64,000 nucleotides of DNA from Thermodesulfobacteriota bacterium (GCA_030583865.1 CP129479.1:2637053-2701052), one strand, 5' to 3'; shown: positions 21,696 to 29,522, counted from the stretch's first letter. Translations and numbers: made by a program. The notes: generated by a model not told the origin, from the letters alone.

Positions 21696-22798
21696 TTCCT
21701 CGCCTCCCGTATCCATCCGCCGCCGAGCACCTCGTCGCCGTCGTAGATTACGACACCCTGTCCGGGGGTGATGGCCTTCTGGGGCTTGCCGAAGGCGACC
21801 TCTATTGATCCGTCCGGCAGCGTCTTCACCATGCAAGGCGCTTCCTCATGTCGATAGCGTATCTTCGCGGCGGCAATCAGTTTGCCGCCGCGCGCCTTTT
21901 CCATTGCCTCAGGATTTATCCAGTTTACATCAACGGCGGTAAGGCCGTTGGAATAGAGCCTTTCAGCGCTTCCCACCACGACCCTGTTCGACGGGACTAC
22001 GATGTCGAGAACATAAAAAGGGCCGCCCGAGAGGTTAAGCCCCTTCCGCTGGCCGATGGTGTAATTGAATAGGCCCTTGTGCCTTCCAAGCACATGGCCT
22101 TCAGTATCGACTATATCTCCGGGCGCGTTCGGAACGCGCGCCGATAGGAATTCCGCGTAGCTCGGCTCTTCGACAAAGCAAATCTCCTGGCTCTCTGCCT
22201 TCTCGGAAGTCCGGACGGAAAGCGAGCGCGCAAGCTCCCTTACTTCGGGCTTGGTGAGATTTCCAAGCGGAAAAAGGACGCGCCCGAGCTGTGCCTGCGT
22301 CATGGTAAAGAGGAAGTAGCTCTGGTCTTTGGAATGGTCAACGCCCTTAAGAAGGCGCATGCCCCAGGGCGCGCGCTCTATGCGGGCGTAGTGGCCTGTT
22401 GCGAGATAGTCTGCTTCAAGGCCGAGGGCCTTATTAAGCAGCACCTCGAACTTCAGGACCTGGTTGCATTTTATGCAGGGGTTTGGGGTGGAGCCGCTGG
22501 AATAGGACGAGACGAAGTAATCGACGACCTCGCGCGAGAAGGCCTCTTCCACGTTAACGACGTAGAAGGGCACACCGAGGCTGTCGGCCACGCGCCGCGC
22601 GTCGTGGATGTCGTCGAGGGAGCAGCAGCTTCCGGCGGTTGCGCCGCTCCCTTCCTCTCTTTCGAGTTCTTTTTTGGAGTAGTCCCAGAGCTGCATCGAG
22701 ACGCCGATGCATTCATAGCCCTGCTCCTTGAGGAGAGCAAGGGCTGTGGATGAATCAACGCCGCCGCTCATGGCGACTACCGCCTTCTTTCGGGACAT
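21692..22798 (-). CDS. mnmA: tRNA-specific 2-thiouridylase
   Basis: VVAMSGGVDSS PP-loop and the overall MnmA architecture. Confidence 0.9.
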   Translation of the reverse strand: MSRKKAVVAMSGGVDSSTALALLKEQGYECIGVSMQLWDYSKKELEREEGSGATAGSCCSLDDIHDARRVADSLGVPFYVVNVEEAFSREVVDYFVSSYSSGSTPNPCIKCNQVLKFEVLLNKALGLEADYLATGHYARIERAPWGMRLLKGVDHSKDQSYFLFTMTQAQLGRVLFPLGNLTKPEVRELARSLSVRTSEKAESQEICFVEEPSYAEFLSARVPNAPGDIVDTEGHVLGRHKGLFNYTIGQRKGLNLSGGPFYVLDIVVPSNRVVVGSAERLYSNGLTAVDVNWINPEAMEKARGGKLIAAAKIRYRHEEAPCMVKTLPDGSIEVAFGKPQKAITPGQGVVIYDGDEVLGGGWIREARK

Positions 22799-22832
22799 TC
22801 CGTAAGTCCTCGGCCCTTGAAAAACGGCTCTA

Positions 22833-22856
22833 AAAGGGGTAATCCCCTTAATTTTA
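22833..22856 (-). terminator. Putative intrinsic terminator downstream of hicB
   Basis: AAGGGGTAATCCCCTT hairpin followed by a T-run on the minus-strand transcript. Confidence 0.45.
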
Positions 22857-22985
22857 ATAAAGAATCAGACGTTTTGCCAGAGAAAAGTTGGGGGGAGGAA
22901 ACGCAGGACGGATTTCAGGGAACATCTGATTGGTTCGCGAATGTTTGTCATTCTGAGCAAAGCGAAGAATCTGTATTTATGAATA

Positions 22986-23201
22986 TTACTCGTTTACGGC
23001 TATGTACTCCGCAAAAGAGGATGATTCGGGAATGGGGAGATTGTCTTCCTTCATGCCGCGGATATGGAGCTCGACGGCCTCGTGCATGTTACGCTCGGCT
23101 TCCTCGCGCGTCGCGCCGGTTGCAACACAGCCGGGGAGGTCGGGCGAGTATGCGGAAAAATTATTGTCCGCCTTTTCAATCACGATAAGAAAACGATGCA
23201 T
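22986..23201 (-). CDS. hicB: HicB-family antitoxin (UPF0150)
   Basis: MHRFLIVIEKADNNFSAYSPDLPGCVATGATREEAERNMHEAVELHIRGM is a classic HicB N-terminal domain with an AAGGAG RBS. No hicA was found nearby. Confidence 0.8.
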   Translation of the reverse strand: MHRFLIVIEKADNNFSAYSPDLPGCVATGATREEAERNMHEAVELHIRGMKEDNLPIPESSSFAEYIAVNE

Positions 23202-23444
23202 TATTTTTTCTCCTTGTGGGTAACTATTCAGTTTATTCCTTTTGGGTGGATTTCGTCAAGACAGAATGGCAGGCACAGCAATTATGTAAATGGCTTGTAT
23301 ACTGGATTGAATATGCGGTATAAAAAGAACAAGAACTGGTGGGCGGAGCCCACCGGCGACTGGCGAGAAGCCATCTCGCCCTTCATGGGAAAGTGGTGTG
23401 CCTACCGGAACCTTGGAAGCAGATTCCGCTCCACGGGCTAATTA

Positions 23445-24200
23445 ATGAAGAAAATAAGACCAAATTCTTTGACCAACGCGCCTCTCCAGTATGCACCACA
23501 AAATGAAATCGGTGTCGTCTATCTTTTTGCTCACATTGCACGCAAAAAACAATTTCGCATTGAAGAAATTCGCCCTCAATTCCCCGATTGTATTGCATAT
23601 CGACGAAGTGGTGACCGTGAGAAGCTTGTCAGGATTGAATTTGAATTTCGATCAAGCAATTTCAAATCACATGGTCACGATCCCAAAAAATGTGATTGTA
23701 TAGTATGTTGGCATCATGATTGGCCTGATTGTCCCTTAGAAGTAATTGAATTAAAAAAAGAATTTCATTCCGTACCAAAGATTTGGATTCAGCCGGCGAG
23801 GGAAGATCAGTGGCACTGGCTGGAAAATTCAAAAAGGGTTTCATGGGGCATTTCTAAACGCGCCACTATCGGCGACCTATTGCTCATATACCGATGTCGT
23901 CCAGAAAAGACTATCAAGGAAATTTACACACTAATTGGGGAAAAACATAGAGGAAAAGCTGATTGGAGAGAAGGTGACTGTTACATTGGAAACATACAGC
24001 GGTTGTGTTTATTAGAAGCGCCCATTTTTTTCGAGGACCTGAAGTCTCATCGTGTCCTTAAGACTGCTGGGTTTGTACGTCGTAATCTACAGGGCAATCT
24101 TCTTGTTTCAGAATATTGGCCATATATTCATGATATGATCGTTAAAAGAAATCCGAAGGTAGCAAAAATACTTAAAAACTATGACCCGATGAAATTATGA
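23445..24200 (+). CDS. Hypothetical protein with C-terminal PUA-like (EVE/ASCH-type) signature and possible N-terminal PD-(D/E)xK-like nuclease motif
   Basis: C-terminal half: W..ISKRATIGDLLLIYRC...IKEIYTLIGE, resembling the EVE core GDxvLfYhS...ivGiaeV. N-terminal half: FPDCIAY...VRIEFEFRSSNFK. It is AT-rich and divergent from hicB. The call is based on motif recognition only. Confidence 0.45.
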   Translation: MKKIRPNSLTNAPLQYAPQNEIGVVYLFAHIARKKQFRIEEIRPQFPDCIAYRRSGDREKLVRIEFEFRSSNFKSHGHDPKKCDCIVCWHHDWPDCPLEVIELKKEFHSVPKIWIQPAREDQWHWLENSKRVSWGISKRATIGDLLLIYRCRPEKTIKEIYTLIGEKHRGKADWREGDCYIGNIQRLCLLEAPIFFEDLKSHRVLKTAGFVRRNLQGNLLVSEYWPYIHDMIVKRNPKVAKILKNYDPMKL

Positions 24201-24335
24201 AAAAAAATGGGTCTTCACCATTTTCTGTGGGTAGATTTGTGAGCCTTGTAGTTTGGGTTAGCGGAGCGTAACCCAACAAATTATATTCCTAAACCAGATT
24301 GCCGCGCTACGCTCGCAATGACATCCAAAAAACCA

Positions 24336-24365
24336 AAGCCCCCCGGGTCTCCCCGGGGGGCTTTT
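24336..24365. terminator. Bidirectional intrinsic terminator
   Basis: AGCCCCCCGGGTCTCCCCGGGGGGCTTTT GC-rich hairpin with T-runs on both strands. It terminates the plus-strand island ORF and minus-strand nifU. Confidence 0.7.
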
Positions 24366-24392
24366 CAATTCCAATCTTTTTCCCGCCTGAAA

Positions 24393-24773
24393 CTACTTCG
24401 CCGTACCGGCGAGCTTCTTCTTGTAGTCCTCTATTGCCGCGTGGAGGGCGTCTGCCGCGAGGTTCGAACAGTGCATCTTTACGGGCGGGAGGCCGTCGAG
24501 GGCCTCGGCGACCGTGCTGTTCGATATCTGCTCGGCCTCATCGAGCCCCTTGCCCTTAACAAGCTCCGTAACCATCGAGCTCGTCGCGATGGCCGCGCCG
24601 CAGCCGAAGGTCTTGAACTTCACGTCGGTTATCACGTCGTTCTCGACCTTGATGCTGAGCTTCATTATGTCGCCGCACGCCGGGTTGCCCACCGTGCCCG
24701 TTCCGTCCGCGCCCTCTACCTCGCCCACGTTCCTGGGGTTTGAGAAGTGGTCCATCACCTTTTCGCTGTACAT
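24393..24773 (-). CDS. nifU: Fe-S cluster assembly scaffold protein NifU/IscU
   Basis: NPACGDIMKL...FKTFGCGAAIA...HCSNLA, three conserved Cys of the IscU fold. Confidence 0.9.
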   Translation of the reverse strand: MYSEKVMDHFSNPRNVGEVEGADGTGTVGNPACGDIMKLSIKVENDVITDVKFKTFGCGAAIATSSMVTELVKGKGLDEAEQISNSTVAEALDGLPPVKMHCSNLAADALHAAIEDYKKKLAGTAK

Positions 24774-24855
24774 TTTCGTGGCTCCTGTCTATTTCGCCTG
24801 TTGGTTGTTTGAGAAGCTTCCTTCTATGTAGTTTCTGAATGGGCCTTTCGCCCGG

Positions 24856-24952
24856 TTGATTGCAGATTCGAATTCTGTCATTCTGAACGAAGTGAAGAAT
24901 CTGGTTTGGTTGAAATACGAGATTCTTCGTCGCTTCGCTTCTCAGAATGACA
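24856..24952. repeat. Family-2 palindromic element
   Basis: GATTGCAGATTCGAATTCTGTCATTCTGAACGAAGTGAAGAATC...GAGATTCTTCGTCGCTTCGCTTCTCAGAATGACA; followed by the family-3 motif CTCCCCCTGCCCCTCTTTAAGAAAGAGGGG at 24961-24990. Confidence 0.8.
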
Positions 24953-25002
24953 CTCTTAATCTCCCCCTGCCCCTCTTTAAGAAAGAGGGGTGAATTAAAT
25001 AA

Positions 25003-25129
25003 AGATTTTTCCCCGCTTTTCCAGAAGGTCGGGAATAAAAAGCGGAGCATATATGACAATATGTGAGCATTTTTATTCCCGGCCTGACAAAGAGTCCGGG
25101 GAAAAGATCAATTTTTATAAGACAATTCT
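25003..25129. repeat. Family-1 MITE-like element with degenerate termini
   Basis: The core GGGAATAAAAAGCGGAGCATATATGACAATATGTGAGCATTTTTATTCCCGGCC is conserved, but the outer TIRs have diverged. Confidence 0.75.
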
Positions 25130-25150
25130 ATTCCAACTCCGGTTTCCTTG

Positions 25151-26332
25151 TCAACCCTTGCCCCCTGCCGCGTAGAGCGGCGACATGGCCCGCATCCGCT
25201 CGACTATGGGCGGCATTGTCTCGAGGAGAAAGTCTATCTCCTCTGCGGTGTTTGATTTCCCCAGGCTGAACCTGACTGAGCCGTGCGAAAGCTCGTGGGT
25301 AAGGCCCATTGCGATGAGCACATGAGAGGGCTCAAGGCTCCCGGATGTGCAGGCAGAGCCGCTTGAGGCCGCAATGCCCTTCATGTCGAGGTTAAGGAGG
25401 AGCGATTCGCCCTCCACGAACTCGAAGCTGATGTTCGAGGTGTTGGGTAGCCTCTTATCCGCGTGCCCGTTCACCTTTATGTGCGGCACCCTCTCGGCCA
25501 TGCCCTTCTCAAGCCTGTCCCTCAGGGATTTAAGGTGCTCTATCTCCTTGTCCATGTCGCGTAGCGCTATTTCCGCTGCCTTGCCCATGCCGACTATTCC
25601 GGCCACGTTCTCGGTTCCGCCGCGCCTGTTCCTCTCGTGGTGGCCGCCGTGGATAAGGGGCACGAGCCGCACGCCCCTTTTAACAAAGAGCGCGCCTATT
25701 CCCTTGGGGCCGTAGAGCTTGTGCCCGGATATGGTAAGGAGGTCGCAGTTGATGTCCTTTACGTCTATTTTGGCCTTCCCTGCGGCCTGGACAGCGTCCG
25801 TGTGGAAGGCTATTCCCTTTTCCTTCGCTATCGCGCCTATCTCCTTCATGGGGAAGAGGACGCCTGTCTCGTTATTGGCGAACATGACGGATATTAGGAT
25901 AGTCTTGGGGGTGATGGCGGCCTTTAGCTCGTCGAGGCTTATGAGGCCGTCGTTATCCACGCCAAGATAAGTGACCTCGAAGCCCTCCTTCTGGAGGTGC
26001 TTGCAGGTATTCAAGACCGCCGGGTGCTCGACTGCGGTCGTTATGATGTGGTTGCCCTTGTCTTTCTTCGCGTAGGCGAGGCCCTTCAGGGCGTGGTTGT
26101 CGCCCTCGGTGCCGGAGCTTGTGAAGATGAGCTCGGTATTCGTGCAGTTAAGGAGGGCGCAGACCTTCTCCCTTGCGTCCTCGACCGCCTTCCTCGTGCC
26201 GCGGCCTGCCCAGTGTATGGATGAGGGGTTGCCCCACTGCTCTTTAAGAAACGGGACCAGGGCCTCGAATACCTCTTCGGGCACAGGGGTCGTCGCGTTG
26301 TGGTCAAAGTAGATCCGGTTCAATGTGCTCAA
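25151..26332 (-). CDS. nifS: Cysteine desulfurase
   Basis: Class V aminotransferase with the PLP lysine in SGHKLYGPKGIGAL and the active Cys in SSGSACTSG. Confidence 0.9.
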   Translation of the reverse strand: MSTLNRIYFDHNATTPVPEEVFEALVPFLKEQWGNPSSIHWAGRGTRKAVEDAREKVCALLNCTNTELIFTSSGTEGDNHALKGLAYAKKDKGNHIITTAVEHPAVLNTCKHLQKEGFEVTYLGVDNDGLISLDELKAAITPKTILISVMFANNETGVLFPMKEIGAIAKEKGIAFHTDAVQAAGKAKIDVKDINCDLLTISGHKLYGPKGIGALFVKRGVRLVPLIHGGHHERNRRGGTENVAGIVGMGKAAEIALRDMDKEIEHLKSLRDRLEKGMAERVPHIKVNGHADKRLPNTSNISFEFVEGESLLLNLDMKGIAASSGSACTSGSLEPSHVLIAMGLTHELSHGSVRFSLGKSNTAEEIDFLLETMPPIVERMRAMSPLYAAGGKG

Positions 26333-26402
26333 GCCTCCCTTTTCTCTTCATTTACTCTTAGGATCTGATACCCCGCCGCTTGCGGTCGTGTTTGCTTTTG
26401 AC

Positions 26403-26486
26403 TCCTCCCCCTTGATGGGGGAGGCTGGGAGGAGGTGAAGAGGTTTCACCCTCCCCTCTTATCCCCTCCCATCAAGGGAGGGGAGG
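26403..26486. repeat. Long palindrome between iscR and nifS
   Basis: CTCCTCCCCCTTGATGGGGGAGG ... CCTCCCATCAAGGGAGGGGAGG: inverted arms about 40 bp apart. Confidence 0.6.
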
Positions 26487-26528
26487 TCTAAAAGAAACCC
26501 TGCGGCTTGCCGCGGGTAGTTCATTTAC

Positions 26529-27005
26529 TCAAGACCGCGTTTGCTCGGTTATGCCGCATACGTTTGTGTTCACGGGCGGGTGGCCGGATTTAAGGGCCAG
26601 GGCCTCCCGGCTCAAGTCTTCTATGGAAACCGAATTAAGGAACTCGGAGATCTTCTCTGCAAGGCACTTCCAGACGCGCTGGGTGGTGCAGGTTGTGGCC
26701 CTGTCGCACCCGGCTGAGTCGTCGTCGAGGCAGGCAACCGGGTTCATGGGCTCCTCGACCACTGAGATAATGTCGCCCACGCTTATGACCGCAGGCGGCT
26801 TGGCGAGCACATATCCGCCGCCGGGGCCCCTGACGCTCTTTACGATCTTCCCCTTCCTGAGCTTCACGAAAAGCTGCTCAAGGTAGGAGAGAGAGATGCC
26901 TTCCTCAGCCGAAATGTCCTTCAAGGTCACGGGCTTTTCGCCGGAATGGCAGGCGAGATTTACCATCGCCCGAACCGCATACTGACCTTTTGTGGATAAC
27001 CTCAC
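26529..27005 (-). CDS. iscR: Rrf2-family transcriptional regulator (IscR-like)
   Basis: MRLSTKGQYAVRAMVNLA...ISLSYLEQLFVKLRK wHTH, with a C-terminal Cys cluster for Fe-S ligation. Confidence 0.85.
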   Translation of the reverse strand: MRLSTKGQYAVRAMVNLACHSGEKPVTLKDISAEEGISLSYLEQLFVKLRKGKIVKSVRGPGGGYVLAKPPAVISVGDIISVVEEPMNPVACLDDDSAGCDRATTCTTQRVWKCLAEKISEFLNSVSIEDLSREALALKSGHPPVNTNVCGITEQTRS

Positions 27006-27183
27006 CTGGACTCCCTTCCGAGCATAAGAAAAAACCTGCTACTGTTACAATCTAATATACCTTATCAAAATTGTCAAGTATTAACACCCCTGAAATGGCT
27101 GCTCCCGATGAGAGCTGGAAAAATTCAGAAAACCTTCTTTCAGGTATAGACATGTTTTTTTGGCCCTGATATAATTCTCTTGT

Positions 27184-28224
27184 ATGGAAAAGACTCCAAA
27201 ATTCAAATACTTACCAGAGAAGGCGCTAAGTTCCCTGGTAAAGGGCCTCTTAAAGGAATACAAGGTCTACGGAACGATCGAGAAAGACGGCTTCCCGGCC
27301 TTTGGGGAGGTCTCGGACGCGGACGAGCTAAAGCTAACGCAGTCGCCGAGCCACCTTTCGGCAAAGGGGTTCCTCTTCCCGCAAAGGGAAGTTCTCTTAA
27401 AGTTCAACATGCAGACATCTACACATGTCCCGGTGATCGAGGCTGAAAGGCAGGTCCTCTTCGGCCTGCATCCCTGCGACATAAGGGCCCTCGCCCTAAT
27501 GGACAGGGTCTTTGCCCACGGCGTCGCAGACCCGAACTATCTTTTCAGGCGCGAGCATACGATCGTAATCGGCGCGGACTGCATGCCCGACGAATATTGC
27601 TTCTGCGACAGCCTCGGCAACAATGACGTGGAAGACGGCTTCGACCTTTTCCTCCACAAGATTAGCGGCGGATACCTCGTAAGGGTCGGCAGCGACCGGG
27701 GTGCGGAGCTTCTGGAAAAACACTCCCGGACTCGAGAGCCCGGAAGAACGGCTCTTATCGAGCTTGAGGAAGCCAAGGGAAGGCGGCGCCTCGCATTCAG
27801 GGCAAAGCTCGACGCACCGCCAGAGGAGCTTCCGGCCATATACGCCAGAAGCGACGAAAGCCGCGTATGGGAGAGGATAGGCGCGATATGCACGGGCTGC
27901 GGCTCCTGCAATAACGTCTGCCCGACATGCTACTGCTTCGACGTTAAAGACGAGGTCGGCGCGAGCCTCGCCGAAGGCGAAAGGGTAAGGAGCTGGGACG
28001 GCTGCACTCTCGAAGACTTCGCGAAGGTGGCCGGAGGCCACAACTTCAGAAAGACCAGGGCCGAAAGGCTAAGGCACAGGTTCAACAGGAAGTTCAGGTA
28101 TCTTACGGACACCTTTGATTCGCTCTTCTGCGTGGGGTGCGGCAGGTGTTCGAGATCGTGCCTCGTAAAAATCAACATAGTGGACGTAACAAATGAGCTC
28201 ATACGCGAAAATGCCGGAATATAA
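27184..28224 (+). CDS. 4Fe-4S cluster subunit, AsrA / sulfhydrogenase-beta (HydB)-like
   Basis: CTGCGSCNNVCPTCYC and CVGCGRCSRSCL ferredoxin-type motifs; 346 aa; overlaps the downstream FAD/2Fe-2S subunit gene. Confidence 0.7.
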   Translation: MEKTPKFKYLPEKALSSLVKGLLKEYKVYGTIEKDGFPAFGEVSDADELKLTQSPSHLSAKGFLFPQREVLLKFNMQTSTHVPVIEAERQVLFGLHPCDIRALALMDRVFAHGVADPNYLFRREHTIVIGADCMPDEYCFCDSLGNNDVEDGFDLFLHKISGGYLVRVGSDRGAELLEKHSRTREPGRTALIELEEAKGRRRLAFRAKLDAPPEELPAIYARSDESRVWERIGAICTGCGSCNNVCPTCYCFDVKDEVGASLAEGERVRSWDGCTLEDFAKVAGGHNFRKTRAERLRHRFNRKFRYLTDTFDSLFCVGCGRCSRSCLVKINIVDVTNELIRENAGI

Positions 28225-29059
28225 GGAAGGGGCGCTCTCAAGGGGCATGGACTCTCCCTATCTCCCGTTCCTGGGGATGGTGGAGCGCTCCATACGGGTG
28301 AGCGAAAAGGAGAGGTTTTTCGTCGTCGCCCCCTCGAACGAGACGCTTCTCGACTACGGGCCGGGCCAGTTTTTCATGGTGGGGCTCCCGGGCTACGGGG
28401 AAGCGCCCATCTCAATCACCTCCGGGCCAGGCGAGAGGAAGATAGAGCTATGCATAAGGGCAGTCGGGAACCTGACGAACGCCTTCCATAAGCTACGGAA
28501 GGGCGACCGCATCTGGCTGCGAGGCCCATTCGGCAGGGGCTTTGACCTCCACGCGCTGGAAGGGAAGGACATCGTATTCGTGGCGGGCGGAATAGGCATC
28601 GTGCCCATGCGCTCGCTCTTGAAGGCCGTGCTCGATAATCCCGGGCGCTTCGGGAGGCTTACTTTGATTTACGGCGCGAAGACCCCGGAGGAGATGCTCT
28701 TTACCGAGGAGATGGACGGCTGGAGGCGGCGCGGCCTCGACGTCCAGGCTACCGTAGACAGGTCCGACGCGCTCTGGAAGGGGCATACGGGCCTTGTGAC
28801 CGCCCTCATCCCGAAGATAGAGATGAACCACATGAATACCACGGGCGTGGTAATCGGCCCGCCGGTCATGTACAGGTTCGTTATCCTGAGCCTCAATGCC
28901 AGGGGGCTCGGCGCTGAGGATATATTCGTTTCGCTCGAGAGGCGGATGAAATGCGGGGTCGGCAAGTGCGGCCACTGCCAGATAAACAGCCTCTACGTAT
29001 GCCAGTGCGGCCCGGTCTTCAGGCTATCGGAGCTTAAGGGCATGCCGGAGGCGTTCTGA
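28211..29059 (+). CDS. FAD/NAD(P)-binding 2Fe-2S subunit, AsrB / sulfhydrogenase-gamma (HydG) / PyrK-like
   Basis: GQFFMVGLPGYGEAPISI...LRGPFGRGF...FVAGGIGIVPMRSLL...GPPVMYRFV...ERRMKCGVGKCGHCQ parallels Pyrococcus HydG / AsrB motifs. The start is ambiguous among 28193, 28211 and 28247. Confidence 0.8.
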   Translation: MPEYKEGALSRGMDSPYLPFLGMVERSIRVSEKERFFVVAPSNETLLDYGPGQFFMVGLPGYGEAPISITSGPGERKIELCIRAVGNLTNAFHKLRKGDRIWLRGPFGRGFDLHALEGKDIVFVAGGIGIVPMRSLLKAVLDNPGRFGRLTLIYGAKTPEEMLFTEEMDGWRRRGLDVQATVDRSDALWKGHTGLVTALIPKIEMNHMNTTGVVIGPPVMYRFVILSLNARGLGAEDIFVSLERRMKCGVGKCGHCQINSLYVCQCGPVFRLSELKGMPEAF

Positions 29060-29202
29060 TATTTGAAGGCTGCTGAAAAAGTCCATCTGCTTCGAAGGCT
29101 ACGTCGCTTGACACTCCGGCGTACGCGAAAAGTAACGCCTCATTCCTCGCTCCCCTGTTCCAACCGGGCCTCGCATCTGGAGCTTTTTGAGCAGCCTGAA
29201 TA

Positions 29203-29250
29203 AAAACGGCTTTTCAGCTAGCTGCTGAGAAAAAAACCGTTTTTTTGCTT
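29203..29250. terminator. Putative bidirectional terminator
   Basis: AAAAACGGCTTTTCAGCTAGCTGCTGAGAAAAAAACCGTTTTTTTGC: imperfect long hairpin with T-runs on both strands. Confidence 0.5.
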
Positions 29251-29448
29251 TTGCCTTTCAACACAACCCAGGGGCATAAGGCGGAGCGAACATAGGGTTG
29301 GGGGAGGGGCGGGCGAGGCGGGGCAGCAGGAGCGAGGCCGAAGGCCGAGCGACATACGGGCCGAGCCCGCGGGAAGGAGGCGGAAAGGGCGCGGAGCCTT
29401 ATGCCCGAAAAGAGCGCGGCAGCGCGTTAAAAGGCCTTTTTGCAACAA

Positions 29449-29522
29449 GGATTGAATACGAGATTCTTCGGTCGCGGAGTTTACCCTGAGCGAAGCGAAG
29501 GGCCTCGTTCTGCAGAATGACA
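29449..29522. repeat. Family-2 element, rearranged copy
   Basis: GATTGAATACGAGATTCTTCGGTCGC ... CTGAGCGAAGCGAAG ... CAGAATGACA. Confidence 0.6.

Larger units (their letters stand above)
22946..24330. mobile_element. Low-GC island bounded by the two arms of a family-2 repeat (candidate cargo-carrying parent of the family-2 MITEs)
   Basis: Left end TGTCATTCTGAGCAAAGCGAAGAATCTG. Right end GCCGCGCTACGCTCGCAATGACAT, which is the inverted arm. The interior is ~40% GC versus ~62% background and carries hicB plus a 251-aa ORF. Confidence 0.6.

Noticed and set aside
23202-23444. Search for a hicA toxin gene next to hicB
   Set aside because: No frame of at least 40 codons with HicA-like residues exists on either strand. 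Only ORF 23383..23598 (minus) is present and it lacks HicA features.
23808-23825. TGGCAC hexamer at 23808 as a possible sigma-54 promoter
   Set aside because: No TTGC -12 element follows at the correct spacing, and it lies inside the coding region of the island ORF.
29218-29489. ORFs 29298..29489 (plus) and 29218..29448 (minus)
   Set aside because: They lie inside the purine-rich inverted-repeat-flanked tract and their low-complexity translations reflect the GA-rich DNA.
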